Shown piece by piece: positions 49,261 to 61,952 of a DNA stretch of 64,000 nucleotides (the stretch's first letter is position 1; each line of letters begins with the position of its first letter). Position numbers and translations under genes: made by a program. The DNA is from Podarcis gaigeae (Eukaryota). A model generated the notes under the pieces. It did no database searches. It was not told the origin of the DNA and saw nothing but the letters and a program-made list of their open reading frames with translations. The stretch lies in NCBI GenBank assembly GCA_964106915.2, contig OZ066927.1. One strand, 5' to 3'.

Positions 49261-49368
49261 GCCTGTTGAAGTGGACTCTAATCCTCAAAAGCTTATGCCA
49301 TCATAAATTTGTTGTGTCTTTACAGTGCACACACAAGACTTGTTGCAACAGACTAACGCAGCTACACC
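49261..49368 (+). mobile_element. Old Penelope-like pLTR remnant with decayed hammerhead
   Basis: ctgttgaagtggactctaatcctcaaaagcttatgc...ttgt..tcttta.agtgc...cagactaacgcagctac has the same layout as the 23.3-kb pLTR, with core mutations. Confidence 0.6.
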
Positions 49369-51125
49369 CTCCACAAGTTGTTCATGGGAACCACCGGGCC
49401 ATGAGTGTGAATCACTGGCTAACCTTATGTTGACCAACTCTGCACATCTTTAGCTCCCAGTTTATAAAACCATCTACTTCTCAGAATCTGAATATGCAAG
49501 GTGCCAAAATAGTTATTTGCCTTGTGCCTTATGGATAAATATCTGCAGCAGAACATTGACTAGATTGCCTTCCAGGTCCCTTCCAACTATTAATTTATGT
49601 GGATGGCATTTGCCAGTTGGGTGCTTGTAATGTGGAATGGTAACTTCATTCGCACAGATTCCATGGGTCTATTCCAATGAACAGACAAATCTAGGACTTA
49701 GACTCAACCCCTCTGTCACTGACAGCCATCCAGTTCCAAAGTAATGGTGAAGCTTCAACTAACCACAAGATAGGATATCAGACTATTCACATTGCATAAA
49801 TACCACCCTGTGAAGAGCGTGGTCTGAAAAGCTACAATTTTGCTGTATTTTGGAGAATGAGTGAATTATGGAAAGCCCTTAACGTAACACACTAACCAAA
49901 AGGTTGGGGTTTTTTCTTTTTTGTAACTGAACAGTTATCTGCCGTGCTTCTTATGAAGAAGCAGAACTACACAACAGATTATGTATGCACTGAGGTCCTA
50001 AAGAACTTTGCCGTGAAACTAGCAGAACTTTGCTGAAAGACCCACAAGACAAGCAATACAAACATGACTTAAAATAGCACACGATAGTGACTTCGTTAGC
50101 AGAATTCTGCTAAGTGCCCCTTGTTACTTTAGCATTTTCCTAGGGAAAAGACGTTTTTCCCTCTGGAAGTTGAGCACAGGTGCAACAAATTACAGGGCTT
50201 TTGATAATCACTAGCACTTAGCATATGGATGCAGAGAAGCAAAAGGTTGTTTGTTGATAAGCTCCATTACACCTTGTACAGAACTTTATATTTTGGTTTG
50301 AAAACACACACGTAGTACCCAACACGATGCATTTGCCAAGACAAACACAGCAATCCCATGCTTTCATGCAACAAGAGCCCCATATCAGCAACATGTCTGG
50401 GGTTTAAAATAATTGATAAAAAGCACTACAGTAATTCCACACAGGTTTGTAATAAATCAGTTCTTTCCAAAATGATTGCACTAGAACAGCAAAGACAGCC
50501 AGGTTCCGGTCAACAAAGAAAGAGCTTTATATGTGCCAGAGACCAAATCATAAAAAATACTTTGTATTTTAAAAGGCTAAAACATTTCCCCTCCCCACTA
50601 GATTGGAAAATAGCTTGCAATTGTATGTTTCCTTTGGTAAACAGGGAACCCCCTTGTGGTTTGCTTCTCTTGTAGAGCATGAAATTAACTTGATCTCTAA
50701 AATGGTGACCTCACCAGGAATGATGTAATCTCCAAGAAGCAAAGCAGCAGCAGCAGCAACACAGGAACTGTATTACAATTTGCAGAACTTCATGAGTGAA
50801 GCAAATCACTGCAGAGTTTGACATGGAATATAAGGTGCCTTAGAAGAAAATTTCAAGGCTCCTCAATGTGCACAGTGGACAGTTGCTGTTAGAGGCTCTG
50901 TTCCAACGTTCCCCTTTGCAACACCACTGGTAAAAATATTAACGTTTTTGGCAAATATTTATTAGTTTTCCATATTCTGTTGGTCAATGTAGAAACTTAA
51001 AATAAACCAATCACAACTGGCTTCTCTCTGCAGCAAAGGGAATGTTGGTCTAAGCTACAACAGACAGTTAACATGAAAGCTCTCCGGATCTTGATGTCTC
51101 ATACCAAATAGGAACCCAGACTCAC

Positions 51126-51149
51126 CAACTCCAATTCATCCTCCTCCGA
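51126..51149 (-). CDS. MEF2A: MEF2A alternatively spliced beta microexon (SEEDELEL)
   Basis: gagtacag|TCG GAG GAG GAT GAA TTG GAG TTG|gtgagt. 24 nt, phase 0/0, between ...GMMPPL and NTQR..., the position of the human SEEEELEL beta exon. Confidence 0.95.
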
Positions 51150-51390
51150 CTGTACTCAGCAAATAAGAGGAATAATAAGGTTACTGAGAATAGGACAGTA
51201 TTCAAGAATGAAAGAGTCATGTTGGTGCTTGATGAGCTAGCTATTTTTAGCCTCACTAATATTCCAAAGTTATGGTGTGATGCAGAAGGCAAAGAAGCAT
51301 TACATGATACTATGCCAGCTTCCCAGAAGCATCTAGTTGTGGGGGAACTGGGTGCTAGGCTAGAGAGAAAGCTCTAACCCAGTAGGACTC

Positions 51391-51425
<35 letters not shown>

Positions 51426-51950
51426 GTAAACTTCCAGCCTGTCTACTGACTCCTATTGTCAACACACAGTTGATGGGAAAAGAACATTTAAAATGGTCAA
51501 AAGCAAAGCGTCCACACCCAAATTCGACCAATTCACAGTTACTTTAGAGAAGCCTCAATGTACTTTGCTTGGGCAAGCCCTTGTGCCCTTGGAAACTGCT
51601 TCCAAAAAAGCCCACTGTTTGCTAAGTTCACATGTACATGCCCTCCAGTGCAGGAATATGAATCATGTTTACAGTACCATCTGTTTGCCCTTATAGATGG
51701 GCATGCTCTGTTGACAGTGTCTGTGTTCGAATGCAACATTAAGCCATTCACTGTGACCATTTCGCTCCTCCCTTAGTTGAGCAGGAAAACAAACCATGGA
51801 GCGCCCGGCTTTGTGTAACATCCTAACCAGTGCTTGCAAGTTTGTTTCTCACCAAACCACATTCTCAAGCCCATGTTTGTTCTTAGCTTCCTGATCAAGG
51901 TCTCTTTTGTCTTTCTCCAAGCTACTAATAAGTCAAAAAGCTAAACTTAC

Positions 51951-52141
51951 CAATGGAGGCATCATGCCTTTGCTAGAGGGAGGGATGACAACCCGGAGGT
52001 CTGGTTTGCGACTGTTCATTCCAAGGTTGCCCCCGCCAGGGGGAGGGGGAGATTTTGTAGGCATCCCTTTGCTTAGGCCATTCCCACCCCCGGTGCTGCT
52101 AAGCAGGCCTGGTGAAGCTCGTGAATTCACAAAACCATTTC
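51951..52141 (-). CDS. MEF2A: MEF2A coding exon (MAPK docking domain); upstream exons lie outside the window
   Basis: ttactacag|(G)[63 protein letters not shown]|gtaagt. 191 nt, phases 1 to 0. Confidence 0.97.
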
Positions 52142-52225
52142 CTGTAGTAAGAGAAGAGGCAAAAGAAGTCCACCTTAAGACAAAGATAAATGATCATACA
52201 TTATGTGAGTGAACATATGGGCATC

Positions 52226-52284
52226 AAGGTAAAGGTAAAGGTACCTTGACCATTAGGTCCAGTCGCGGACAACTCTGGGGTTGC
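52226..52284 (-). mobile_element. Sauria SINE, 3'-terminal fragment
   Basis: aaggtaaaggtaaaggtacc..tgaccattaggtccagtcg...actctggggttgc only. Confidence 0.8.
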
Positions 52285-53377
52285 TTTTGCCTGAGCTTGT
52301 GCAAGTGCAGTAGTGTTAGAGGGCAATCTGGAGATCCTTGGGAAATGGTTGTGAGCACCTCAATAAATGGTGGAGAAACACCCCCAAAATACAGCTTCCT
52401 GATTTGCCCTCTAAAGTGACAGCTTTGGGAGAATGTTGATACACTCTAAAGAAGGGGATCCCAAACTTTCTTCTCCACAGACAACTTGAAAATTGCTGAG
52501 GCTCTTGGCAGACCACTCAATTATTTTTTTATTGTTGTAGCAAATGTAACATGCTGTGCTAGATGCTGTAGGACTTTTTAATTTTATTCAATTGTAATGT
52601 TAAGAAATAAAAAGTAATAAAAATGAAATTTAAAATCTGTATGACTATTTGACACACCACAGCTCCATGAACGAAGTTTGCGGACCACAGTTTAGGAACC
52701 TGTGCTCTAGGGCAAAGAGTAGCCGTCTGGATTTTGTTTGACTCCAATTTCTATCCATCTGGAGGGCAACACACTGGCTACCACGGTTCTGGGTTAAGCT
52801 TTCAGGGGTTGCTTAGCAACAGAGAGGCCTAGCAAGCCTTGCCATGCAGGATGCATGGACACATCCCAGAATCACTCTCAACATGAAGGAGTTCTGCAAC
52901 AAACAAGTCACTGAGGAAAGGATCCCCTGAAGGAAGAATGTTTGATGAGCAGTGATCTGCAGGAGGGTTGGGTGGTGTGGGTTAAGAAAAGCTGCATTCT
53001 ACAGGCTAGAAAATCAGGTGGGGAACACACACCTTTCCCTGAGGGAAATGAAAGTAAATGTGTGGAGATGGCACCACTTTAAGGTATGATATAGCAGCTT
53101 GACTGATGAGAAGGTGCAACAGTCACAGAGATGTTCTAATGCCATCTGTTCTTTAACATAGCGTTTGCAGTAGCTTTAGCACTCTCGTCTGACACAGGGT
53201 TCTTCGCACTCTCATGCCACCAAAGGAGGCATTAGATCCTGCTGACAGTAGGAACACCAGGTCTTGGCTTACATGACATCTGATGAACTTCTTTGGGGGT
53301 GGGGAAAGCAGTTAAAAGGCCTGAGAAGTGTGTTGACAGATTTTTTTTAATTGTTTGTTTTTAAATTAAAAAACCTC

Positions 53378-53785
53378 ACTGTGGAGCCAATCCAATATAC
53401 AGAAGGCCTTGTGGCACCTTATAAACAATACAGTTATGCCTCATGTTACGGACGCTGCAGGTTACATGTTTTCAGGTTGCGGACTGTGGGAAACCCGGAA
53501 GTACCGGAACGGGTTACTTCTGGGTTTCGCTGCTCGCGCATGTGCAGAAGTGCTAAATTGTGCAGAAGCGCATGCGCAGAAGCGCCAAATTGCGCCGGCA
53601 CAGATGCAGCACTTCAGGATGCGAACGCTGCAGGTTGCAGACGTGCCTCTGTCGTGGATTACATCCACAACCCAAGGTTCTACTGTAATACATTTATTTT
53701 GGCATAAGCTTATGCTACAATATATTTGTCAGGCTTTAAGTTGCATCAAGACTCTTTGCTGCAGCAGACTAACACAACTACCCCT
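53378..53785. mobile_element. Old inverted Penelope-like pLTR pair interrupted by a Tigger-like MITE (53431-53685)
   Basis: Left arm ...tgtggcacctta.a.acaa[TA-MITE-TA]atacatttattttggcataagc; right arm ttatgc...tttaagttgc...cagactaacacaactac. The centre is the palindrome GCATAAGCTTATGC (53702-53715). Confidence 0.6.
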
Positions 53786-55410
53786 CTAGAAAACCAGCAC
53801 ACAGTTAATCCCATTTATCTTCATGATAAGTAATTATTTCACATAACTGGGAGCAGGACCACAGGCAGCATGTTCACAGAAAACACTCATGTTTTGGCTA
53901 GTTCAACCTTATTTGCACATAGGACCACAAAATCCATAAGCCACTTTTTTTGCACTATGGCTGACATACTGAAAAAAAAATTTCACATTGCAACATTTTG
54001 TTGCGGTTCCAGTTGTCCATCTCCCAACAGCAACCTGTCAAGTTGCAATGGGATATGATGTGGGTCTCACAAACACACACAAAACGCCCCCCAAAATGCC
54101 TCTCATTTTGTTTAGAATAGAAAATAATTCTGAAAAACTTACTGAAATAAATGGAAATTGCACAGGAGAGCCTGTTGCTGCAAAGAATTATTGGTGCTTA
54201 TAGAACAATAGATATTAAAAAACCTATTATATTCCAACAACTACAATTATCCTAAGGTGCTATTTCTCAACATTCTCTCAAAAATATCACACCAGCAGCA
54301 TTTCTTACCCCAACCAGAACCATGTGTGGAATTTTTTGTTAATAGACTACGAAATGTTGCAAGCAAGTAGGTTATAGTATTAATTGGATCAGAGTATACC
54401 CCTGTGACCTATTTTATTACAGCAAGTAATAAATTTCATATTCAATTTAGAGGCATGCAAAAACCAACATACAATGGGCTCTTCTCTCCATGTCCTTAAG
54501 CCTCCTGAGCAAATGAGCTAAGAATAGGTTAAGGAAGTATGGTAGTAAGAAAACCACCATTCTAACTTCCTACCTTTCAAATCAAATTCATCTGCCAAGG
54601 AACACCCAGAGTCCAAAGCATATTCATACCAACCAGTATTGCTGGTCCTCAGTGTCACCATGCATGATCCAAGGAGTGGGCCCTAGAATAAACTCAGCAG
54701 TGGGAGCCAAGCTGTCTTTCCGGGAAGCTTATTTGTTATTAAGTGGTCTTATTAAGAAATCCCAGTAAGCATCTGAGGAATCCTGGGAAACTGTTTGAAA
54801 ACCATAGGACAGAATAATGTTTCACACTTCTGTGTGAATGTGCACCTATCTAAAACATCACCTGCGGTAAGAGGACAGAATGCCACCTAAATATGTAGAT
54901 ATTCCTGCGGTGCTTGACACTGAATGTTGTCAGGCCATTCCATCCAGACCTGGTTGGTCTGTCCTCCATCTCCTTTCTCCAAGTCTTCCTCCCATTATTT
55001 TTCTGTTAAATCTTAGCAAGCCTGTCCTTTTAAATCCCCTTTTTGCCCAGACCTAAGTGTCGTAAAATCCTTCTAATAATCTGGCCCATTCTGGTTGTCA
55101 GGTATTTGTGGGGGGAAGAGTGAAAAGTAATTGCCCCCTCCTGCAAAGAGCAGGGAAGATACGTCAGGCCAACAACCTCAAATGTTAAAGTTATGAAGTA
55201 GCTGAGGGATAGGGGTGTATTTGTTCTTTAATAAATACTGTAGCCTCTTCATGCTATTCTGAAGCCCTCTATGGCTTCCCTGCCATTCCAGAAAGTGAGA
55301 TGGACAACGCTCATGGGAGCCAGGCAATTCTTTAAAAAAGAAACAAAGAAAGAATCAGGTCAAAGCTGCATTGTGGCTAAACGCCATTGCAATCTGTATC
55401 TACAGCTATA

Positions 55411-55636
55411 CAGTGGTACCTCGGGTTAAGAACTTAATTCATTCTGGAGGTCCGTTCTTAACCTGAAACTGTTCTTAACCTGAGGTACCACTTTAGCTAA
55501 TGGGGCCTCCCACTGCCGCCACACCGCCGGAGCACAATTTCTGTTCTCATCCTGAAGCAAAGTTCTTAACCCGAAGTACTATTTCCGGGTTAGCGGAGTC
55601 TGTAACCTGAAGCGTCTGTAACCTGAGGTACCACTG
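55411..55636. mobile_element. Tigger-like MITE
   Basis: TA|CAGTGGTACCTCGGGTTA ... TAACCTGAGGTACCACTG|TA. Confidence 0.92.
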
Positions 55637-57159
55637 TATAGCTATATATCTATATCTATATTGACAGGCTCAAAGGTATACAACAAATCACATTTGCAGA
55701 TTTTGAGGTTACTATGCATATAAAACACAGCCAGGCTGTCAGACATGCTGCAGGCAGCCTCTTGGGCAGTCTCACTCTCTGGAACACTGGAGAAGCTATG
55801 GAGTGCACTGAGGGCGGTTTAAGTCAATGTGAGAACATCTCTCACCCTTTGGCCACCTTGTAACTTAAGGGAAGCGGCAAAGCCGTGCTCTCCAGAACAA
55901 TTTTGAAGTAATAATTCTTTCCTACGCCGTGAAAGGGACAGTAAATCAACTGCCTCCTTCTCTCTCTTTTTTGTGGGGGTGGAGAGGGCAGATTTCCCAG
56001 AATTGAAGAGAAGGCTTCAGCATGGCATTAGTCTTAGGTACTAAGTTGTTGTTTTGTTATAATTCCATTCAAATTTTGCAACTGTGTGCATTTGAAAATT
56101 GAGGCTGTAAGGCTCCCATTGTATCTTTTCTGAATGCAATGTACAAGTGTCCTTCAGAAGCACACATTTTTAATGTCTGAACAATTGCACTATGGCTGTA
56201 GCTTAGCAACAGTATTGCACAAACCGTAAATATTCTCGCATGTGGAAGAACATGCAGTAATTGTAACCAGGCTGAAAAAGATGGGAATCTGGTCAAGCAT
56301 TTGTCTCTGGCCACATACATACACACAAGAACAGCTTGTGGGACCCAAGCCCAAAATGAAGAGCCAGAGAAGGCTGGTTGACACAAACAAGTCAACCGAT
56401 AGGCGGTATTTACAGAACATGTCCAATTGATTTCTAAGAAGCTGACACTAAGCATCTAACCAGCTCCATCTGCATCTTACTAGTCTAGAAAAAAAAATAA
56501 TTGCTGGAGGAAATCTGGAAAAGCAAAGGGAAAAAACTAAAAAGAGGAGCCAACCTGATGCCCTTAGAATGATGCTGGACTCCGATTCTCATCAGCCCCC
56601 TATCAGCAGAGAGCTGAAGAACATCTGGTAGGCATATTGGGTACCCCCGCCTTAAAGAGCGACCAACTGCTATTCGCTCAGCAGGTTGCATCCATTCACC
56701 AGAACAGTATCAGCCAATGAAGTTGGCTTTAGGCAAAAACAGGATGGACCACTCATCCAGTTATCCCATCACCACTTGTTCAGACTGTGGCCTGAACTCG
56801 GAACCTTCTGCATGCAGGACGTCTGCTACCACCAGCAATGACTCTTCCCCAAACGGAATGCTTCAAGGTGTGGCATGCATAAGCTTACTCCAGAGTTACC
56901 ATGGTATCACAGGGAAGGATGCAGGACCAAAATTGTTTCTGCAGGCCTATATGTACTATGATGCATAGGCGTAGCTGGGGGGGGGGGGCTGGCCCTCTAA
57001 ATGAAGTAAATCCATTAAAAAACTGAGGTTCTGCCCCATGAAGCCTGCCCCCTAACATAAATCCTGGCTACACCCATGCAGAGTTATGCCATGAAAAAGT
57101 AAAAAGAATAGTTGCACTATGGAACAAAATGGTAGCTAAAGCAAACAAACTTATTCATA

Positions 57160-57387
57160 CAGTGCTACCTCGGGTTAAGAACTTAATTCATTCTGGAGGT
57201 CTGTTCTTAACCTGAGGTACCACTTTAGCTAATGGGGCCTCCTGCTGCCGCCGCGCCACTGCAAGAGCATGATTTCTGTTCTCATCCTGAAGCAAAGTTC
57301 TTAATCCGAGGTACTATTTCTGGGTTAGTGGAGTTTGTAACCTGAAGCATCTGTAACCTGAGGCGTCTGTAACCCGAGGTACCACTG
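57160..57387. mobile_element. Tigger-like MITE
   Basis: TA|CAGTGCTACCTCGGGTTA ... TAACCCGAGGTACCACTG|TA. Confidence 0.92.
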
Positions 57388-58323
57388 TACTTGAATGGTA
57401 GTATGAAGGAGGAATCAGGGCCACAAAGCCTCCTCTCAGGGGATCCAGAGAAAGGATATCAGCTAAACAAAGGGCCCATACCTTTTGGGGATCCAAGTGC
57501 ACATGTGTGTTGGACTTGACCACTTCTCCCTTATTTGGAAAGCAACATACGGAAGAAGTCTCTAACATCTGCTTAAGAAAGCCTGCCTGGCACTTTAAGA
57601 AGCAGAACGTATCACAGGTTTTCTCACCAGTCAACTCCTTCAAGATAAAGGCTAATGTATCATAGCACTCAAGATCACCAATATTACAGCCTGCATTTAC
57701 CCACTAAGCTACCGATAATGTTAATTGTGCTTGAGCATTTTCTTGTAACACCACAGTCTGCTTGCTTCGCTGAGGTCTATTAGAAACTGAATTCACAGCC
57801 ATACAAGACAGCTGCTTGAAGCTTGTATATTATTCAAAAGTCTTTTAACACAAGTCTAAAAGTCCATGCACGAAGCATATTTACCTCAGGTAATCCCTCT
57901 TAATTGCAATGGGGTTTCTTCAAAGCAAATAAACTCATGAATACTTCCTTGAAAATTCTGTTTATCTTAAATGGGAATTACATCAGTGTGGGGTACTTTT
58001 TTAAAAAACCAACTATTCCTATTACTCTCTTCAAGCAAGCAGGCAGTTCTGCTTTTCCTTCCACACCCAATACAGTCATTTCCTGCAGCCCTTCTTACAA
58101 GGGACTGTCAGTCTTTCAGAGAACATTTCATATCCTTTAATGGCACTGTCAGACATAAGCCTCTCTCAACAGTGCCGAGCCTCACTCAGGCAGGCAGACT
58201 GATGTGAAGCACTCTGCCTGCCAGAAAACAGAGCCATTTTCTAGATAAGGCATCAAAATAGGAAGGAGAAGATTGTGGGCAAGAGATAAGGAATACTCTC
58301 AACCTAAGAAGCGTTTTCTTTCT

Positions 58324-58325
<2 letters not shown>

Positions 58326-58364
<39 letters not shown>
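58326..58364. repeat. (GA)n microsatellite
   Basis: About 19 tandem GA units. Confidence 0.95.
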
Positions 58365-58369
<5 letters not shown>

Positions 58370-59411
58370 TGTGCATGACACTGTCTATGCTTAAGTCAGG
58401 AAGATTACTTCTCCCACAACATCCGGAAATATATTTGTTCTTCAAAATCTTAGAAACTGCCTTACTCAATGCAAACCTTGGTAACCCAAGAATATCAAAT
58501 TATAAACCCAAGTGAAAGGGCAGTTAAAAGCGCAGGATTTTTTAGCATAAGGTCAGGAGCCAGAGGCAGATAATGATTACAAGATGATGTAATAGTCAGG
58601 CAGCTTTCCCAAATGTAGCCAGGGTAACCCTTTGTATGCCAGCTTCTTCTTCTCAGCACAATGCATGTGTGTGCACACATTAGAGACAGTAATTTGCACC
58701 TTTTAAAAACATGTGAAAAAGAGAAAAAGAGACTGTACTGGTTACCCCTGGGAAAGCATTTGAGAAGAGGAACTGTTGTTTTGAATTAAAAAAAAATCAT
58801 CCACTGCTAGATTTTTTAAGAAGCAATTTCTGCAAGTTATTAAAAGTACTTTCATAGATAGAGCAGATCTAATGGATTGTATGGCATGAATGAAAGCTTT
58901 GATGACTTTCCCCCTTTTTCTTTCTTAAAGGAAATGTTAATCAGGTTAAACCAAAGAATAATAATTACTACCAATATGATTATCTGAGGAGAAAATACTG
59001 TTTTGTGCGGTAATGTAAAACCAAAAACCAGTAAGAATGCCAACTATTCTATCACCTTCCCATTTTTAATATGGTATTCCTAGCTGTATGCTCTCTAGTC
59101 CAACATTCTTTAAATCTATCATTGTGCTCTATGTTCCACAATACAAACTGCACCACAATACAAATTGCACAATAAAGACAGATGCCTGGAAAGTACTGCC
59201 TGCCTTCAGTGTTCATCTGAAAGTGATGTTAACATCCACAATTCTTTTTTTTTTTTTTTTTTTTAAACATATGACAATAGAAAACCTGGAAGCATGTATG
59301 TGGTTTAGAAAATCAAAGCTTGGACACATTGTGAGAGTACAGAAAAGAAAGAGCGTTTAAAATTGTGACACTCCCCATACTTCAGGCTTTTTATTATTTA
59401 ATTAACTTATA

Positions 59412-59622
59412 CAATGGTACCTTGGGTTACAAACAGTTCAGGTTACAGACTCCGCTAACCCGGAAGTAGTACCTCAGGTTAAGAACTTTACCTCAGGATG
59501 AGAACAGAAATTGCGCGGCAGCAGGCGGCCCCATAAGCTAAAATGGTAGCTCAGGTTAAGAACGGTTTCAGGTTAAGAATGGACCCCCGGAACGAATTAA
59601 GTTCATAACCAGAGTACCACTG
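59412..59622. mobile_element. Tigger-like MITE, opposite orientation to 55411 and 57160
   Basis: TA|CAATGGTACCTTGGGTTA ... TAACCAGAGTACCACTG|TA; internal sequence is the reverse complement of the family. Confidence 0.88.
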
Positions 59623-60419
59623 TACTCAGCCCCGAGGTTGTTTATACTTAAGACAATACAGGCCAGGTTCACACTTCACACTGAGTTATATTATCACGGC
59701 ATAATGTTTGGGGTTGTTCCATGCTGAGATAAGCCATTCCTTTACTCAGTGAGTCATCTGAACCCAGGCTTGTGGCTTAGCTCTCTCGGAACAAGCCACA
59801 AACAGCAAACTAGGAACAACTCTTGGTTACAGACCATGGTCAGTCTGAAGAGAGCTAAATGGCAAGCCTAGGTTCAGAAAATATGCTAAGCCAAATTATG
59901 GCTTAGGTCAGTGCAGCGCAGTAGTGAGATGACTGGGGAGGAGCAAAGCAGACACAACCTTCAGAACAGCAGCAACAAAATGACCCCATCTCCACTCTAA
60001 ATCACAATGCTGAAATTAAAAAATCCCAGAGAAGATATTTGTGTGCAGGGACTGTGCACTCAAAACAAATTCTTAGTCTCAGAATTCTTTAATGCTGGGT
60101 GTATGTCTTTTGTACCAAGCTCTGGTTGATGTTTCTCAGGACCCTGAGAAAAAAAACCAAGTAAATCCTGTAAGATCAAAGTTTGTCAACTTTAGAAGAC
60201 AGACACAAACATAGCCTCACACTCTTGGGTTTTAGGGATTAGATATAGAACCTGGTAAAAAGACATCAGCTACAACAATTGTTTTGAGTCTTATGTTAAA
60301 ATTTTGCTTACTGGTTTTTTTGTTTTTATTCTTAATGTTAATATTTTGGTTATATGCTTTATATGTTTTGTAATGCCATCTTTGGTTCTATACTTTTCAA
60401 GAACCAATTTCTAAAGCTT

Positions 60420-60925
60420 AATGCATCCCTTCACAAACTCATTATCTGATTAAAAGAGGTGTCAAGAAGGGTTGCGTATTGGTACCTTTCGTATTTATCA
60501 TCAATTTCATCCCTGAAATGGCATCCCCTTCCTCCTTCTCTCCCTCTCTTGGAAATCGCAAAGTGTCCATTTTGCTTTACACTGATGACCTAGTCCTGCT
60601 CTCTTTGAACAAAATTGGACTCAGAAGGATGCTGGTCAAATTTGGCCAACTGTGCAAAAAAGAACACCTAAAAGTTAATTATGCCAAAACTAAGGTTGCT
60701 GTATTCGGTAAGAGGGTTACCAAGCCTAAGTGGACATTAGATGGTCACACCCTCGAGCAAGCACATCGATTTAAATACCTAGGATTACTTATTGATGAAA
60801 AGCTTCCATGGAAACCCAATCTGGATGCAATCAAGCTAGTATCTGCCTGCTCTACTAGACAGCTATACATGTTCTTCCATTCAAGGGGGGGGCAGTTAAT
60901 CAATCCAGCCATTAAGGTCTACGTG
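60420..60925 (+). mobile_element. Non-LTR retrotransposon reverse transcriptase fragment (RTE-X-like), antisense within a MEF2A intron
   Basis: GVKKGCVL (the GV.QG..L motif), LLYTDDLVLL (YADD box at 60578-60589), KVNYAKTK, FKYLG. Truncated at both ends; clade assignment is by motif recall. Confidence 0.85.
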
Positions 60926-61952
60926 TCATTATCATATAGCTTTAATAAAGATTGTGAGGCCCACTAGCCATTGTTCCTCCAGGAAGGCATTCTCAGAGCA
61001 TTTTAACAGCTTGATTCCTTTTCTAGTCTAACCTTCCTGTGTGTTAACTTTATTTTACTGCAACATCAATATTATTTACATACCAACCATGTGAAACGCT
61101 GAGCTACTTCTCTATCAAATTAGGACACATTTGCCTTTCAAATGTGGCAGCTGTCTATCTACCTCCCACCCCACCTCACCCTCTCAATAAATTATAATTT
61201 TTCTATAACATCTGGTGATACTAAGCAATCAACCATGGGAAAAGGCTTTCACTGGCTGCCAATTCATCGGAGGCCACTTCAAAGTGCTTTTAACACAATA
61301 CAGCCTAGGTCCCGATTATCTCAGCAAATGCCTCCTTCTACATAAGCCTACTGTCTCAGCAACTGAGATCTGCAAGGCTTTAATTCAAATTACAACTCTT
61401 TTGGAGACTGCTTTGCTTCTCGAGGAGACTTTTGGTTGTGGCCCAGTGCTTTGGAATGCCCTCCCCCAAGAAGTTCAGATGGCCTTCTCCCTGATGCATT
61501 TTTGCATTCATTTTTATTAAAACAACACCTAAATCAACAAACATTATATTCAAAAGAGTAATAGATACACAACTGAATATGTAATATCTACTCATTTAGA
61601 GTAGACAAATATTATGGCACAAGTTTTGGGGAACTATCATACAATTCATCAGCTGCATGAAGTGTTACCCTCAGCAGGTGTGAATGCAGCTGGGGTGGGT
61701 ACAATTTTGCTGGACAACTTTTAGCATTTCCTTGCCATTTAACTCCAAATGGAATTTAAAATGGAAGATTAGTTTGGACATTTGAGAAGAATTGGCTTGG
61801 TTTCCCCCCAGTGTTTATAACTTTAAATGTGGAGGGTTTAAAATTAGGATGGCTAACACATAGTCTTCTAGATGTTACTGAACCACAGCTCCTATCAGCC
61901 CCAAACGGCATAACCAAGTATGATGAGTTTTGTAGTTCAGTAACATCTAGAG

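Noticed and set aside
50710-50815. Possible cryptic or poison exon downstream of the beta exon (CTG|GTGAGG donor)
   Set aside because: The candidate acceptors lack a good pyrimidine tract, and there is no support without RNA data.
13203-52284. All four Sauria SINE copies are on the minus strand
   Set aside because: With four copies this happens by chance about 1 time in 8.
54625-54670. Candidate for the next upstream MEF2A exon (donor-like G|GTATGA on the minus strand)
   Set aside because: Its translation does not match the expected GGMLSTTDLTVPNGAGSSPV-type peptide. I found no such exon in 52142-64000, so it probably lies beyond the window.
60479-60967. 162-aa ORF as a host gene or active retroelement
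   Set aside because: It is a truncated LINE RT fragment with a non-ATG start, YTDD and GVKKG deviations, and no endonuclease domain.
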